Below, piece after piece: positions 8,724 through 17,830 of a stretch of DNA of 40,810 nt (the first letter of the stretch is position 1; each line of letters opens with the position of its first letter). The position numbers were made by a program, and so were the translations under genes. The stretch spans positions 1 to 40,810 of the forward strand of contig CBFIJD010000030.1 of the NCBI GenBank assembly GCA_965662845.1, in the 5' to 3' direction. Origin of the DNA: an uncultured bacterium. GTDB lineage: Bacteria; SAR324; NAC60-12. The notes beneath the pieces were generated by a model that was given only the letters and a program-made list of their open reading frames with translations, had not been told where the DNA came from and made no database searches.

Positions 8724-8984
8724 GCACATTATCTGAGTTTCTCGTACAAACCCCCTGCATTTCTGACAAAAGAAAATTGTCGCTAAAACTGAATTTATCG
8801 TGAGATTTCAGTATCTTCACGGTTTGTCAGGTTGAGCGGCACACGATTTTCTGAGTGACGAAAGTGTTAGATTTTTCACAATTTTCTAACAGAGATCCAT
8901 CTTTTGGCAGCATTTGGGTGCCATGACAGCAATCTCGGTTGCCAGAGTCTCCGCAACAAGATCGCAGTCGTAGAAGGCTGTGTC

Positions 8985-9007
8985 CCGGCATCAACGCCGG
9001 ATTTTTT
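8985..9007 (+). terminator. Terminator-like hairpin in the 5' leader of the ABC binding-protein gene
   Basis: CCGGC-ATCAAC-GCCGG followed by ATTTTTT, about 35 nt upstream of ATG 9044. Confidence 0.4.
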
Positions 9008-9043
9008 GTCTTCATAGTCCAATTATTTTGGGAGGAATCATTT

Positions 9044-10402
9044 ATGTCTGAGAAGAAAAACGTCCTGACGAGCAACTGGTCACGTCGCAACGTTATCAAA
9101 GCCAGCGCTGCTGCTTCTGTCGCTGCGAGCTTTCCCCAAATTTGGGTGAAAGAAGCGTGGGCGCAAGGCAACTTCCGCAACAACCCTGGCAACAGTCCGA
9201 TCGTTAAGTTTGGTTTCAACGTACCACAGTCTGGGCCGTACGCGGATGAAGGTGCGGATGAGCTGCGAGCCTACCGCTTGGCGGTGAAGCACCTCAACGG
9301 CGAAGGAGACGGCGGCATGTTGAACACGATGAAGCCGACCATGCTCAAAGGGAACGGGGTGTTGGGCAAAAAAGTGGAGTACGCCACAGGTGACACACAG
9401 ACGAAGTCAGACGCGGCTCGCTCGTCGGCAAAGCGCCTCATCGAGAAAGATGGTGTGATCATGTTTACCGGCGGCTCTTCTTCGGGTGTGGCCGTCGCGG
9501 TTCAGGCTTTGGCCCAAGAGATGGGAATCGTCTTCATGACCGGCTTAACCCACTCCAATGACACGACGGGGAAAGACAGACGTCGCTACGGTTTCCGCCA
9601 CTTCTTCAACGCCTATATGTCTGGAGCCGCGCTGGGTCCAGTGCTGCGCAACCGGATGGGGAACGAGCGCCGCGCCTATCACTTGACGGCAGACTACAAC
9701 TGGGGCTGGACACAAGAAGAGTCCATCAAGAACGCGACGGAGAACTTGGGTTGGCAGACGGTTCAAGCCGTACGCACGCCTCTCGGCGCGGGTGACTTCT
9801 CACAGTACCTGACGCCTGTTCTGAACTCGGGCGCAGACGTCCTCATCCTCAATCACTATGGCAAGGACATGGTGAACTCGCTGTCGCAGGCCGTACAGTT
9901 TGGAATGCGCGACAAGCAAGCAAACGGCAAAGACTTCCAGATTGTTGTGCCTCTCTTCTCCCGCCTGATGGCGCAGGGTGCCGGCTCCAACATTAAGGGC
10001 ATCCTCGGATCGACCAACTGGAACTGGTCACTGAAAGATGAAGCTTCCTTGGCCTTCGTGAAGTCTTTCGGGCAAGAGTATGGCTTCCCACCATCGCAGG
10101 CGGCACACACCTGCTACGTCCAAGCGCTCCTCTATGCAAACGCCTGTGAGATGGCAGGTACGTTCTATCCACCTGCGGTCATCAAGCAGCTGGAAGGCTT
10201 CAAGTTCGATGGCATGGGCAACGGCCCCACCGAGTATCGTGCCGAAGACCACCAGTGCTTCAAAGACGTCCTCGTTGTGCAAGGGAACCAAAACCCAAGC
10301 AGCCAGTTCGACCTCCTCGAGGTCGTTCAGCAAGTTCCACGGTCTCAAGTCGAATACGACCCCAGCCTTTTTGGCGGTGAACTAGGCCCCTACGAGGTCT
10401 AA
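9044..10402 (+). CDS. ABC transporter substrate-binding protein (Liv/HAAT type, PBP1) with Tat signal peptide
   Basis: GGAGG RBS at 9031-9035; twin-arginine SRRNVIK; GFNVPQSGPYADEG, GGSSSGVAVAVQ, ADYNWG; followed by the cognate permeases and ATPases. Confidence 0.9.
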   Translation: MSEKKNVLTSNWSRRNVIKASAAASVAASFPQIWVKEAWAQGNFRNNPGNSPIVKFGFNVPQSGPYADEGADELRAYRLAVKHLNGEGDGGMLNTMKPTMLKGNGVLGKKVEYATGDTQTKSDAARSSAKRLIEKDGVIMFTGGSSSGVAVAVQALAQEMGIVFMTGLTHSNDTTGKDRRRYGFRHFFNAYMSGAALGPVLRNRMGNERRAYHLTADYNWGWTQEESIKNATENLGWQTVQAVRTPLGAGDFSQYLTPVLNSGADVLILNHYGKDMVNSLSQAVQFGMRDKQANGKDFQIVVPLFSRLMAQGAGSNIKGILGSTNWNWSLKDEASLAFVKSFGQEYGFPPSQAAHTCYVQALLYANACEMAGTFYPPAVIKQLEGFKFDGMGNGPTEYRAEDHQCFKDVLVVQGNQNPSSQFDLLEVVQQVPRSQVEYDPSLFGGELGPYEV

Positions 10403-10413
10403 CACCTCTCTTC

Positions 10414-10436
10414 GCCGTCTCCATGAGGGAGGCGGC
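10414..10436 (+). other. Intercistronic stem-loop (probable mRNA-stabilising hairpin)
   Basis: GCCGTCTCC-ATGAG-GGAGGCGGC, a 9-bp stem with one G-U pair, just after the binding-protein stop. Confidence 0.55.
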
Positions 10437-10490
10437 CCTCCCCGTTTTCATTCGACTGGACTCCTTCCAACACTTACCACCTGAGCACCG

Positions 10491-11507
10491 ATGGACGATT
10501 TATTTTTGCAGGTCCTCAACGGCTTAGACAAAGGTGGCGCTTACGCTCTGATTGCTCTCGGGTTGACCCTCGCGTTTGGAACCCTCGGCGTTGTGAACTT
10601 CGCGCATGGTGCGTTGTTCATGATGGGGGCCTTTTGTGCCGTTACGTTGCAACAATTGCTGACGATTTCCAAGCGCGTACGTGACGAGAGCATCACCTTT
10701 TTTGAAGCTTACAAAGAGGAACCTTATTTGACGATTTGGTTCGGAGACACCGGCCAGATGGTGATTGATTACGTAGTTCCGCTCTCCGTCTTGATTGCCA
10801 TTCCAATCATGTTGTTGGTTGGTGTGGCGATGGAGCGCGGCTTGATCCGCTATTTTTACAAGCGCCCGCACGCCGAGCAGATTCTGGTGACTTTCGGGTT
10901 AGCGATTGTGCTGCAAGAGATCATCAAATCTTTCTATGGCGCCAACCCAATCCCGATTAGTGCTCCGGAGACGGTCGCAGGGAGCGCCCCCGTTGGCAAT
11001 TGGTTTGGGCTTGATCCAAACATCGTCTACCCCTGGTGGCGCCTCATTTACTTGCTGTTCACCGTTGGCATTGTGGGAGGGGTCTTCGCCTTCTTGAACT
11101 ACACCACCTACGGCATGGTGGTGCGCGCGGGGATGCAAGACAGCGAAACGGTCGGCTTGCTGGGCATCAACATTGAGCGGCGCTTCACGATTGTCTTTGG
11201 CATCGCCGCGATTGTGGCTGGGCTAGCGGGAGTGATGTATACGCCGATTTTGCCGCCGGACTATCACATGGGGATGGACTTCTTAGTGCTGTCTTTCGTG
11301 GTGGTGGTCGTCGGGGGAATGGGGTCGCTCGAAGGCGCGGTCGCCGCCGGATTCCTGCTGGGCATCTTGCAGTCTTTCGCATCGATGAACGAAGTGAAGA
11401 GCATTCTCCCAGGAATTGACCAAGTCATCATCTACTTGGTGGCGGTGGTGATTTTATTGACTCGCCCGCGTGGATTGCTGGGGCGCAAAGGCATAATGGA
11501 GGGCTGA
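10491..11507 (+). CDS. Branched-chain amino acid-type ABC permease (LivH-like)
   Basis: YALIALGLTLAFGTLGVVNFAHG, GMVVRAGMQD, FVVVVVGGMGSL, RPRGLLG. Confidence 0.92.
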   Translation: MDDLFLQVLNGLDKGGAYALIALGLTLAFGTLGVVNFAHGALFMMGAFCAVTLQQLLTISKRVRDESITFFEAYKEEPYLTIWFGDTGQMVIDYVVPLSVLIAIPIMLLVGVAMERGLIRYFYKRPHAEQILVTFGLAIVLQEIIKSFYGANPIPISAPETVAGSAPVGNWFGLDPNIVYPWWRLIYLLFTVGIVGGVFAFLNYTTYGMVVRAGMQDSETVGLLGINIERRFTIVFGIAAIVAGLAGVMYTPILPPDYHMGMDFLVLSFVVVVVGGMGSLEGAVAAGFLLGILQSFASMNEVKSILPGIDQVIIYLVAVVILLTRPRGLLGRKGIMEG

Positions 11508-11510
11508 GCT

Positions 11511-12707
11511 ATGAACTTACAAGCGAATGAAGGCAAGGTCATGCTCATCTTCTCGGCGGTGGTGTTGCTGATGCCGATTTGGATGATCCCATTTGGGGCG
11601 GCTTATCCTGACCTGCTCCAGAAGTTTGCGATCTTTGGTGTGTTTGCCGTGGGGTTCAACATTTTGTTTGGGCTCACCGGTTATCTGTCGTTCGGACACG
11701 CGGCGTTTTTGGGGATCGGCTCTTACACAGCGGTGTGGAGCTTTAAGCTGCTGACGATGAATGTCCTGCCTGCGGTGATCTTCGCCGTGCTGTTGTCAGG
11801 GTTGTTTGCGGCGTTGATCGGCTACGTCAGTCTGCGGAGAACGGGGATCTACTTCTCGATCCTGACGCTGGCGTTTGCGCAGATGTCTTACAACCTCGCG
11901 TACTCTGTGCTCACCCCAATTACGAACGGGGAGACCGGCTTACAGTTAGAGCAGAGCGACCCCCGCATCCTTGACCCAGCCTCCGATTCGGGAGCGCTCC
12001 CGATCACAAACCTTTTTGGCCTTGAGATGAGCGGCTATCCGGGCTTCTACTTCTGTGCGGTTGTCTTGATTGCTGCGTTCTACATTGCGATGCGCATCAC
12101 CTATTCTCCGTTTGGGCTCGCGCTGCGCGCGATCAAATCGAACCAAGTGCGCATGATGTACACCGGCTTTCACACTCGGCCCTATATGATGACCGCGTTT
12201 GTGATCTCGGGCATGTATGCGGGCTTAGCCGGGGCGCTGCTTGCGGTCACCGATCCCTTAGCCGGCGCGGAGCGGATGCAGTGGACTGCATCGGGAGAAG
12301 TCGTGCTCATGACGATCTTGGGCGGGGTTGGGACCTTGTTCGGGCCGCTGCTAGGAGTCGTGATCATCAAGTACTTTGAAAACATCTTCTCGTCCTTCAA
12401 CAAAACGCTCCTCAGTGATTTCTTCGATTTCTTGCCGGACTTTTTGATCGCGCCGTTGGTAAGCGTCTTGAGCTTGTTCGTAGGCGAGGGCTGGCACTTA
12501 ACGCTGGGGGCGCTGTTCATGATCATCGTGATCTTCCTCCCTGGTGGCGTTATCGAAGGGATCATCCGCCTTGGGAAGATCATCCGTGAGAGCGCGCTCG
12601 GTGGCTATCCGTATCCACGCGATCTGATTAAGAAGAAAGCGCTGGAGCAGGAAGAGAAGCGTAGGAAAGCCGAGGAGGTCATCCAAAAAGCCGAAGGAGG
12701 CTCATGA
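11511..12707 (+). CDS. Branched-chain amino acid-type ABC permease (LivM-like)
   Basis: [52 protein letters not shown]. Confidence 0.92.
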   Translation: MNLQANEGKVMLIFSAVVLLMPIWMIPFGAAYPDLLQKFAIFGVFAVGFNILFGLTGYLSFGHAAFLGIGSYTAVWSFKLLTMNVLPAVIFAVLLSGLFAALIGYVSLRRTGIYFSILTLAFAQMSYNLAYSVLTPITNGETGLQLEQSDPRILDPASDSGALPITNLFGLEMSGYPGFYFCAVVLIAAFYIAMRITYSPFGLALRAIKSNQVRMMYTGFHTRPYMMTAFVISGMYAGLAGALLAVTDPLAGAERMQWTASGEVVLMTILGGVGTLFGPLLGVVIIKYFENIFSSFNKTLLSDFFDFLPDFLIAPLVSVLSLFVGEGWHLTLGALFMIIVIFLPGGVIEGIIRLGKIIRESALGGYPYPRDLIKKKALEQEEKRRKAEEVIQKAEGGS

Positions 12708-13483
12708 GTAAAAACGCAGGAACACGGGCGATCCTCGATGTGAAAGGCGTGAACAAAAGCTTCGGGGGCTTGAAGGCGCTCAACGAGGTCGTCTTCGAAG
12801 CGAAGGAAGGCGAGACGCACGCGATCATTGGCCCAAATGGCGCTGGGAAATCGACCTTCCTCAACGTGTGCATCGGCAAGTTAGTGCCCGACACCGGCAC
12901 CGTGATGTTCGACGACCAATCCATGACTGGTAAGCAGCCGCATGAGATCAACCAGGCGGGGATTGTGCGGGTGTTCCAAACACCAGAAATCTTCCCCGAC
13001 CTCTCGATCTTGCAGAATGTGATGATCTCTGCGTTTGCCAAGCGCGATGGGCACTACTGCTTCAACGCGTTCGTGCGTCTCAACTCTGAAAACGAGCTGC
13101 GGGACGAAGCGGAGCACATCTGCGAAGACCTGGGGATGGGCGACATGCTGCACGAGCTGGCAAATAGCCTCTCGCGTGGCGACAAACGCCGGATGGAGCT
13201 GGCGATGTCCTTGATTCAGCATCCTAAATTGCTGCTCTTGGATGAACCAACCGCCGGAATGTCACGCATGGACACCAACCGCACGATTGAGCTGCTGACC
13301 CAGATCAAGGAGCGCGGCATCACCAAGGTGATTATTGAGCACGACATGCACGTGGTCTTTAGTTTGGCTGATCGGATTTCTGTACTCGCGCAAGGGCATG
13401 TCATCGCGACGGGCTTGCCCGATGAAATCCGCACGAGCCCCAAAGTCAAGGAAGCTTATCTGGGAGGAAGCGCCGATGAGTAA
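12704..13483 (+). CDS. ABC ATP-binding protein (LivG-like)
   Basis: Walker [38 protein letters not shown]. Confidence 0.92.
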   Translation: MSKNAGTRAILDVKGVNKSFGGLKALNEVVFEAKEGETHAIIGPNGAGKSTFLNVCIGKLVPDTGTVMFDDQSMTGKQPHEINQAGIVRVFQTPEIFPDLSILQNVMISAFAKRDGHYCFNAFVRLNSENELRDEAEHICEDLGMGDMLHELANSLSRGDKRRMELAMSLIQHPKLLLLDEPTAGMSRMDTNRTIELLTQIKERGITKVIIEHDMHVVFSLADRISVLAQGHVIATGLPDEIRTSPKVKEAYLGGSADE

Positions 13484-14252
13484 CGCAGTCGCACAAGAGG
13501 AAACCAAGCCTCACATCTCTAAAATTCCACTCGGCGAGCGACGTCAATATGCCTTCTTCTCCTGTTGGGAGTTACAGGCGTTTTACGGCGAGAGCTACGT
13601 GGTGCAAAACATCAGCTTTGACATTCGCGAAGGCGAAGTGTTGGCGCTGCTGGGACGCAACGGCGCAGGGAAAACCTCGACCTTGCGCACCATTGCCCGG
13701 GCGGCAAATCCAGCGTTGCGCCACGGAGAGATCTGGCTGAACCACCAGCCCATTCACGAAATGGAGTCTTACCAAGCCGCGCAAATGGGGATTCAGTTGG
13801 TGCCCGAAGATCGACGGATCATCCCGGGGCTGACCGTCGAGGAAAACCTCAAGCTCGCGCAAATTGAAGAGCCGCACGGCTGGTCCATTGAGCGCGCGTA
13901 TGAGTCCTTCCCCCGCTTGGCCGAGCGGCGGAATCAAGAAGCCATCACGATGTCAGGGGGCGAGCAGCAGATGTTGGCCGTGGCGCGTGCGCTGGTGCGA
14001 GACCTCAAGCTGTTGATGCTCGATGAACCTTACGAAGGGCTGGCGCCCGTCATTCGTGAGGAGATCGCGCGCATCGTTATCGACATCCGCGATCTTGGCA
14101 TTACGACAATTATTGTGGAGCAAGACGCGATGGCAGTCCTGCAATACAGCGACCGCGCGGTCATCCTCGACAGCGGAGAAGTCGCCTTCTCTGGCTCCGC
14201 AGCCGAAGTGCGAGATAACAACGAGCTTCGCGAACAATACCTCGCCGTCTGA
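13476..14252 (+). CDS. ABC ATP-binding protein (LivF-like)
   Basis: GRNGAGKTS, VPEDRRI, MSGGEQQMLA, LDEPYEGLAP. ATG at 13476 follows GGAGG and overlaps the upstream gene end. Confidence 0.92.
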   Translation: MSNAVAQEETKPHISKIPLGERRQYAFFSCWELQAFYGESYVVQNISFDIREGEVLALLGRNGAGKTSTLRTIARAANPALRHGEIWLNHQPIHEMESYQAAQMGIQLVPEDRRIIPGLTVEENLKLAQIEEPHGWSIERAYESFPRLAERRNQEAITMSGGEQQMLAVARALVRDLKLLMLDEPYEGLAPVIREEIARIVIDIRDLGITTIIVEQDAMAVLQYSDRAVILDSGEVAFSGSAAEVRDNNELREQYLAV

Positions 14253-14266
14253 CCTTTCTTTGCCAA

Positions 14267-14307
14267 CGTGTCTTCCCGCTCTGGGAGGACACGCTTCCCT
14301 TTGTTTT
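14267..14307 (+). terminator. Probable intrinsic terminator of the Liv-type operon
   Basis: CGTGTCTTCCC-GCTCT-GGGAGGACACG, an 11-bp stem with one G-U pair, followed by CTTCCCTTTGTTTT. Confidence 0.55.
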
Positions 14308-14430
14308 CCTTCCTGAGACGCTAGGCTTTGCATGACGGGTCGCTCCTCGTCCAAGCCGTGGCGCCTGACTTCTCCTCAAAACCTGTCTATGTGACTCGGA
14401 GGCTCCAAAAGGGCCCTCGTCGGACGCCTT

Positions 14431-15228
14431 TTAGCGCGCTTCCAACAAAGATTTGCCTACAAAACAAGCGGATGCAATCAACACGATGCACGCGCCCGTG
14501 GTGAGGTCTGCGTAGTAGGAGAGAGTGAGACCAGACAGGCTGAACAACAGAGAGAGCACGCCAGACCCGACCATCAAATGCGACAGAGACGTCAGGCGGT
14601 CTTCAAGCAGATACGGCGGGATGGTGAGCAGAGCCAGCACCAAGATGATACCAACGAGTCGAATCAATAACACGATCGCGCAAGCGAGCAGCCCCAGCAG
14701 GAGCAGGTGCACGGTGCGCGTGGGAACTCCACTCACTTGGGCAAATTCGGCGTCAAAGCTGTATCCCAGCAGCGGGCGATAGGCGATCAACACACTGCCG
14801 ACGATCAGCCCGTCAATGCCAAGCATCCACCATAGATCGGATGCAGGGATCGCCAGGATGCTACCAAAGAGGTAGCTCATCAGGTCGCCTTGATAGCCCG
14901 GCGTGAGGTCCATTAACAAGACGCCGAAGGCCATTCCTGACGCCCAGAGCACGCCGATGATGGTGTCGGTACGATGCTTTTTGTGCTGTGAAATCCACCC
15001 CATCGTCAGCGCCCCTGCCAACGTGAACGCCAGCATCACCGGCAACACTGGCAAGCTCAACCACAACGCCAGCCCCACGCCACCATACGCTAGGTGCGAG
15101 ACCCCTCCCGCCAGAAAAGTCATCCGATTGACCACGATCAAGGTGCCGAGCACGCCACAAGCAACGCTGATGAGCGCAATCGCCAGCAACGCGCGCTGCA
15201 TGAACGCAAACTCAAACGCTTCGAGCAT
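14431..15228 (-). CDS. znuB: Zn/Mn ABC transporter permease
   Basis: FAFMQRALLA, GVSHLAYGGVG, DTIIGVLWA, LMSYLFGSIL, SFDAEFA, VGIILVLALLTIP. Confidence 0.88.
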   Translation of the reverse strand: MLEAFEFAFMQRALLAIALISVACGVLGTLIVVNRMTFLAGGVSHLAYGGVGLALWLSLPVLPVMLAFTLAGALTMGWISQHKKHRTDTIIGVLWASGMAFGVLLMDLTPGYQGDLMSYLFGSILAIPASDLWWMLGIDGLIVGSVLIAYRPLLGYSFDAEFAQVSGVPTRTVHLLLLGLLACAIVLLIRLVGIILVLALLTIPPYLLEDRLTSLSHLMVGSGVLSLLFSLSGLTLSYYADLTTGACIVLIASACFVGKSLLEAR

Positions 15229-15983
15229 TAGGCGACATCAGCAATGGCAGGGTGGCCAGGAACGGCGCTACAAACCTGGGGAAGTTCGTGGGAACACATC
15301 GCGTGCAGCACTTGTTCGTTGATTTCGGGGCGAGGGTGGAAGTGCAGCTTGCGGTTCACCGTCGCGATGGACTTCGCCACGTGCGGCACCATACTCAGAT
15401 CGTGGGTGATGACAAGCAGGGTTTTGTCACGATTCAGTTCCCCTAGCAGCGCGTAGAGCTGCTCTTTGGCGTTCACATCAAGGCTGGCGGTGGGTTCGTC
15501 TAAGAGCAGGACCGCTGGGTCACTCATCAGAGCCCGGGCGATCAAAACGCGCTGTCGCTGCCCGCCCGAGAGCGCCGCCCAGCGTCGTCTGCGAAGCTCG
15601 CTCACCCCCACACGCTCCAGCATCTCTTCCGCTTTGCGCTTGGTGTTTCGGGAGAACCCCCAGCCCCACGTCCGCGCCTCGGCGCTTCCCAACGCGACGA
15701 CCTCCTGCACCTCAATGGGAAACTGCTGCGCGCCACCGTGGGCTTGTGGGACAAAGCCGATGCGTCCAGCGGCTTGGCCAGGGAGCGCGTTGAGCACACG
15801 GATGCTCCCCGACTTGGGTGCGAGCAGCCCGAGTATCAGGCGAAACAACGTGGATTTCCCCCCTCCATTGGGGCCTAACACCGCGACAAAGTCCTGCTGA
15901 CCAACTCGCAGCGTCACATCTTCAAGTACCGGTTGTTCGGGAGTATACGCGAAGTGTACGCGTTGCAGTTCCACGGCCCACAT
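15228..15983 (-). CDS. znuC: Zn/Mn ABC transporter ATP-binding protein
   Basis: [45 protein letters not shown] at 15983 immediately follows the znuA stop. Confidence 0.88.
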   Translation of the reverse strand: MWAVELQRVHFAYTPEQPVLEDVTLRVGQQDFVAVLGPNGGGKSTLFRLILGLLAPKSGSIRVLNALPGQAAGRIGFVPQAHGGAQQFPIEVQEVVALGSAEARTWGWGFSRNTKRKAEEMLERVGVSELRRRRWAALSGGQRQRVLIARALMSDPAVLLLDEPTASLDVNAKEQLYALLGELNRDKTLLVITHDLSMVPHVAKSIATVNRKLHFHPRPEINEQVLHAMCSHELPQVCSAVPGHPAIADVA

Positions 15984-15984
15984 C

Positions 15985-17007
15985 TCAGCTCTCCTTTTGG
16001 TTGGCGCGATGTAAAATCTCGGCAATGCCGCGTAAGTTCTGATGCCAATCAGGGTCAAGTGGGTTCGTCCTGATGACTTCTCCGCCCAAAGCCTCCGCAA
16101 TCGTCTCAGCGAGGCGGGAAGAGCGTTGCTGATCTGCCCAGACAGTGCGGATTCCCAGCTCTCGCGCTTGCGCAATGATCTCTTGCAAACGAGCTGGTTT
16201 GGGTTCCTTGCCTTCAAACTCAATCGCAATTTGGCGTAAGCCGTATTCATTGGCAAAGTAAGTCCACGCTGGGTGAAAGACCAAAAACGCCGCCCCTGCG
16301 GGTAAACCCCGGAGCTGTTGTCGGATGGAATCTTCCGTCTCGTCAAGCTCTCTGAGGAAGCGAGCGTGATTTTGGCGGAAGCTCTCTGCGTGGGCTGGAC
16401 GAGCTTGGATCATCGCGTCACGCATGACGACCGACATCGCGCGGACATTGCGAGGCGAGAGCCACAGGTGGGGATCGTTTTCCATCTCGTTGTTCGCGTG
16501 CGCTGCGTGGTCGTCGGCTCCGTGATGCTCAGCTGCGTGGTCGTCGGCTCCGTGATGCTCAGCTGCGTGGTCGTCGGCTTCGTGATGCTCAGCTGCGTGG
16601 TCGTCGGCTCCGTGATGCTCAGCTGCGTGGTCGTCGGCTTCGTGATGCTCAGCTGCGTGGTGGTGATGCGCTTCCGTGCGCAGTCGAGGCATCCCTGCCG
16701 TGAGCGTTATCACCTGCATGCTGGGACGCAAGTCCGTCAAGCGGGGCGCCCAAGTTTGTTCGATTTCCATCGCGCTCATCGTAAACAACAGCTCGGTCTG
16801 TGTGAGCGAGCGCATCTGAGAGGGGCGGGGTTCGTAGATGTGAGGATCCGCCCCAACTGGGACCAACGAATTTACTGTGACGTGCTCACCGCCGATCGCC
16901 TGCGCGAAGGTTTGTAGCGGTGGAATCGTCACCAAAATGGTCAGCGGCTTCGCCCAAGCTGTAGTCGTGAACGCGAGGAGTAAGAGCAGGGAAAATACGA
17001 GTTTCAT
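15985..17007 (-). CDS. znuA: Zinc ABC substrate-binding protein with His/Asp-rich loop
   Basis: Signal peptide MKLVFSLLLLLAFTTTAWA; GADPHIYEP, DPHLWLSP, FHPAWTYFA; His-rich loop between the first two ligands. Confidence 0.88.
   Translation of the reverse strand: MKLVFSLLLLLAFTTTAWAKPLTILVTIPPLQTFAQAIGGEHVTVNSLVPVGADPHIYEPRPSQMRSLTQTELLFTMSAMEIEQTWAPRLTDLRPSMQVITLTAGMPRLRTEAHHHHAAEHHEADDHAAEHHGADDHAAEHHEADDHAAEHHGADDHAAEHHGADDHAAHANNEMENDPHLWLSPRNVRAMSVVMRDAMIQARPAHAESFRQNHARFLRELDETEDSIRQQLRGLPAGAAFLVFHPAWTYFANEYGLRQIAIEFEGKEPKPARLQEIIAQARELGIRTVWADQQRSSRLAETIAEALGGEVIRTNPLDPDWHQNLRGIAEILHRANQKES
16502..16661. repeat. 30-bp tandem repeat, about 5.3 copies, encoding HAAEHH(E/G)ADD in ZnuA
   Basis: Unit GCTGCGTGGTCGTCGGCT(C/T)CGTGATGCTCA repeated head to tail; copies differ at one position. 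Confidence 0.97.
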
Positions 17008-17053
17008 CGGGGAGGTACTCCGTAAAGAAGAGAGGGAAACACAGGGCGTTTTT

Positions 17054-17120
17054 CGCAAACGGATTGCAAAAGTATGATGATCCGAGTAAACAAGTCAACT
17101 GCTTTTGCAGTTCATTTGCA
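17054..17120. promoter_or_regulatory. Two candidate Zur-type boxes (YGCA-N7-TGCA) in the divergent znuA/zrgA promoter
   Basis: CGCAAACGGATTGCA at 17054-17068 and TGCAGTTCATTTGCA at 17106-17120, between two zinc-uptake genes. Confidence 0.45.
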
Positions 17121-17160
17121 GAAATTGCAGCTCAAACCATTCTTTCTGAGGAGTCTTTCA

Positions 17161-17823
17161 ATGAAGTCAGCCGATTGGGTTCGTGGCATAGGAGTGGCGG
17201 TCATGTTGGTCAGCTCCACATCTTTCGCGCAGGCAGAGCGTTTTGCGGAGGCTCATGTCCATGGGGAAGCGGAGTTGAATGTGGTGTTAGACGACAAGCA
17301 GGTGCTGCTGGAGTTCGTCTCGCCAGCGTATAATTTGGTCGGTTTTGAGTATCGTCCCCAGACCCCCGAAGAGCAGGAGGCTGTGCGCCAAGCTATGCAG
17401 CGGCTAGAGGCTCCTGAGAAGCTGTTCCGCTTGTCTCCTGATGCAGATTGCCGCTGGAGCGCAGTTCACGCAGTCTCTGAGTTAGCTGAGGGAGAGCACC
17501 ACGAGCACAGCGAGGACGGTCATGATGAGCACAGCCATCACGCGCACAAAGAGGAGCACACGCACAAAGAGGAGCACACGCACAAAGAGGAGCATACGCA
17601 TGCTGCTCCTGCCGCAGGAGAGCCTCACGATGAAGGGAGCATGCACAGTGAATTTCGCGCCGAATATGTGGCGGAATGCGAGCGGATGAATGAGCTGCGC
17701 GCTCTGCAGGTTTTGCTCTTTGAAGCGTTTGCACGCACAGAAGCCGTGCGCGTGCGCTGGATCAACGCAAGCGGCTCTGGAGAACAAGAAGTTACCGCAT
17801 CGCAATCCCAAGTGCGCTGGTGA
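17161..17823 (+). CDS. zrgA: ZrgA / DUF2796-family periplasmic zinc-binding protein
   Basis: GAGGAG RBS; signal peptide; AHVHG, SPAYNLVGFE, His-rich insert, HSEFRAEY...C, LFEAF. Confidence 0.82.
   Translation: MKSADWVRGIGVAVMLVSSTSFAQAERFAEAHVHGEAELNVVLDDKQVLLEFVSPAYNLVGFEYRPQTPEEQEAVRQAMQRLEAPEKLFRLSPDADCRWSAVHAVSELAEGEHHEHSEDGHDEHSHHAHKEEHTHKEEHTHKEEHTHAAPAAGEPHDEGSMHSEFRAEYVAECERMNELRALQVLLFEAFARTEAVRVRWINASGSGEQEVTASQSQVRW
17545..17598. repeat. 18-bp tandem repeat x3 encoding HKEEHT in ZrgA
   Basis: CACAAAGAGGAGCA(C/T)ACG at 17545, 17563 and 17581. Confidence 0.95.
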
Positions 17824-17830
17824 GCCGGCG

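Noticed and set aside
15984..16346. 121-codon in-frame upstream extension of znuC overlapping znuA
   Set aside because: No homology-like features; ATG 15983 has a GGAG RBS and directly follows the znuA stop.
16502..16661. 30-bp repeat array as a possible CRISPR
   Set aside because: Units are head to tail with no spacers, lie in frame within znuA, and no cas genes are present.
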